Virus record (IMG/VR): IMGVR_UViG_3300033978_000457
Coordinates: 36,126-100,125 of that record
DNA: 64,000 nt
DNA from: a virus
Reading direction: 5' to 3' (one strand)
Shown here: positions 63,302-64,000 of the stretch, piece after piece
How the letters are laid out: the number at the start of each line of letters is the position of its first letter
Numbering within the stretch: the first letter of the stretch is position 1
Notes under the pieces: model-generated
The model's input: the letters and a program-made list of their open reading frames with translations, nothing else
The model's database searches: none
Told to the model about the DNA's origin: nothing
Made by a program: the position numbers and the translations under genes

Positions 63302-64000
63302 TTTAACACTCCATAAAGTTGTATAAAAACTAGTGCAAGTGATCTCGTCTATATCTTTAATCTCTCGCACAACGCTGGTCCTCATCCATCAGGAGCTAGG
63401 CCTGGGCTTTGTTGGATACAGTCACTTTTTCATTGAGAGCGCAAAAGATATGTAGATGTTGCACTAGTTATTATACCACTCCTCCGATCATTTATAGAGT
63501 ATAGGTTCAATCGAGGCGGAAGTCAAGACCTATTTTCGGGATTCTCCTGTGAGCCGCACCCCATTTTTGTCCTGTAATTGACAGCGTAAGCGCTTTCCTG
63601 ACCGGGGCCATTCTCGAAAAAACTGTCAAGAAATTTCTTTGAAATTGTCAAAATTGCGTCATTTCACGACGAACCCAGCAGCTTTTCTCTAACTATCTCA
63701 AACCATCGTCGTCGATCGCCAACTATCCCCCGGGCGACGAAACTAAAATAGATTAACCCAAACTATCCACGATTTGCCGGGATTAACGGGATTCATCGGC
63801 GGTAGCTGGGCGCAGTTGAGCGAGAACTATAATATAGTAGTTGACACACTGTTTCAGTTTTGCACTGTCAAGCCCGGCCGAGAAATAAAAAATAGATGTT
63901 GCACTCGCACTGGCGCAGAGCTTGCGCGCGCCGTTGCAATTGAGAATCAGTCGCAACTGGGCTAAAACCTTGAATTCATTGGTTTTTTTGCTGCAAAAAA

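Overview
64 kb of a lytic T5-like (Demerecviridae-related) phage genome, almost all encoded on the minus strand. 1-20 kb is the T5-type replication block (nrdB fragment, nrdA, peptide deformylase, D15-D10, SleB, PhoH, PolA, primase, helicase, D5, split NAD ligase, ThyX). 20-34 kb is an island sitting between D3 and its usual T5 neighbours. It encodes collagen-like and alpha-helical fibre proteins together with GT25, propeller and TPR-FkbM enzymes. 34-55 kb holds D2/D3, spanins, an outer-membrane barrel, a permuted two-piece tmRNA, bS21, a second sugar/phosphate-modification cluster and an AdoMetDC homologue. 55-64 kb is a dense tRNA region (24 tRNAs in the whole window) interleaved with many non-tRNA structured RNAs, including a candidate ~0.9 kb pseudoknot-rich ncRNA. 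The permuted tmRNA, bS21 style and GCTATACT-type -10 boxes point to an alphaproteobacterial host. The two best candidates for new biology are the giant ncRNA with its satellite tRNA-like and stem-closed RNAs, and the candidate glycosylated-fibre island. All calls are by eye; no searches or folding were run.
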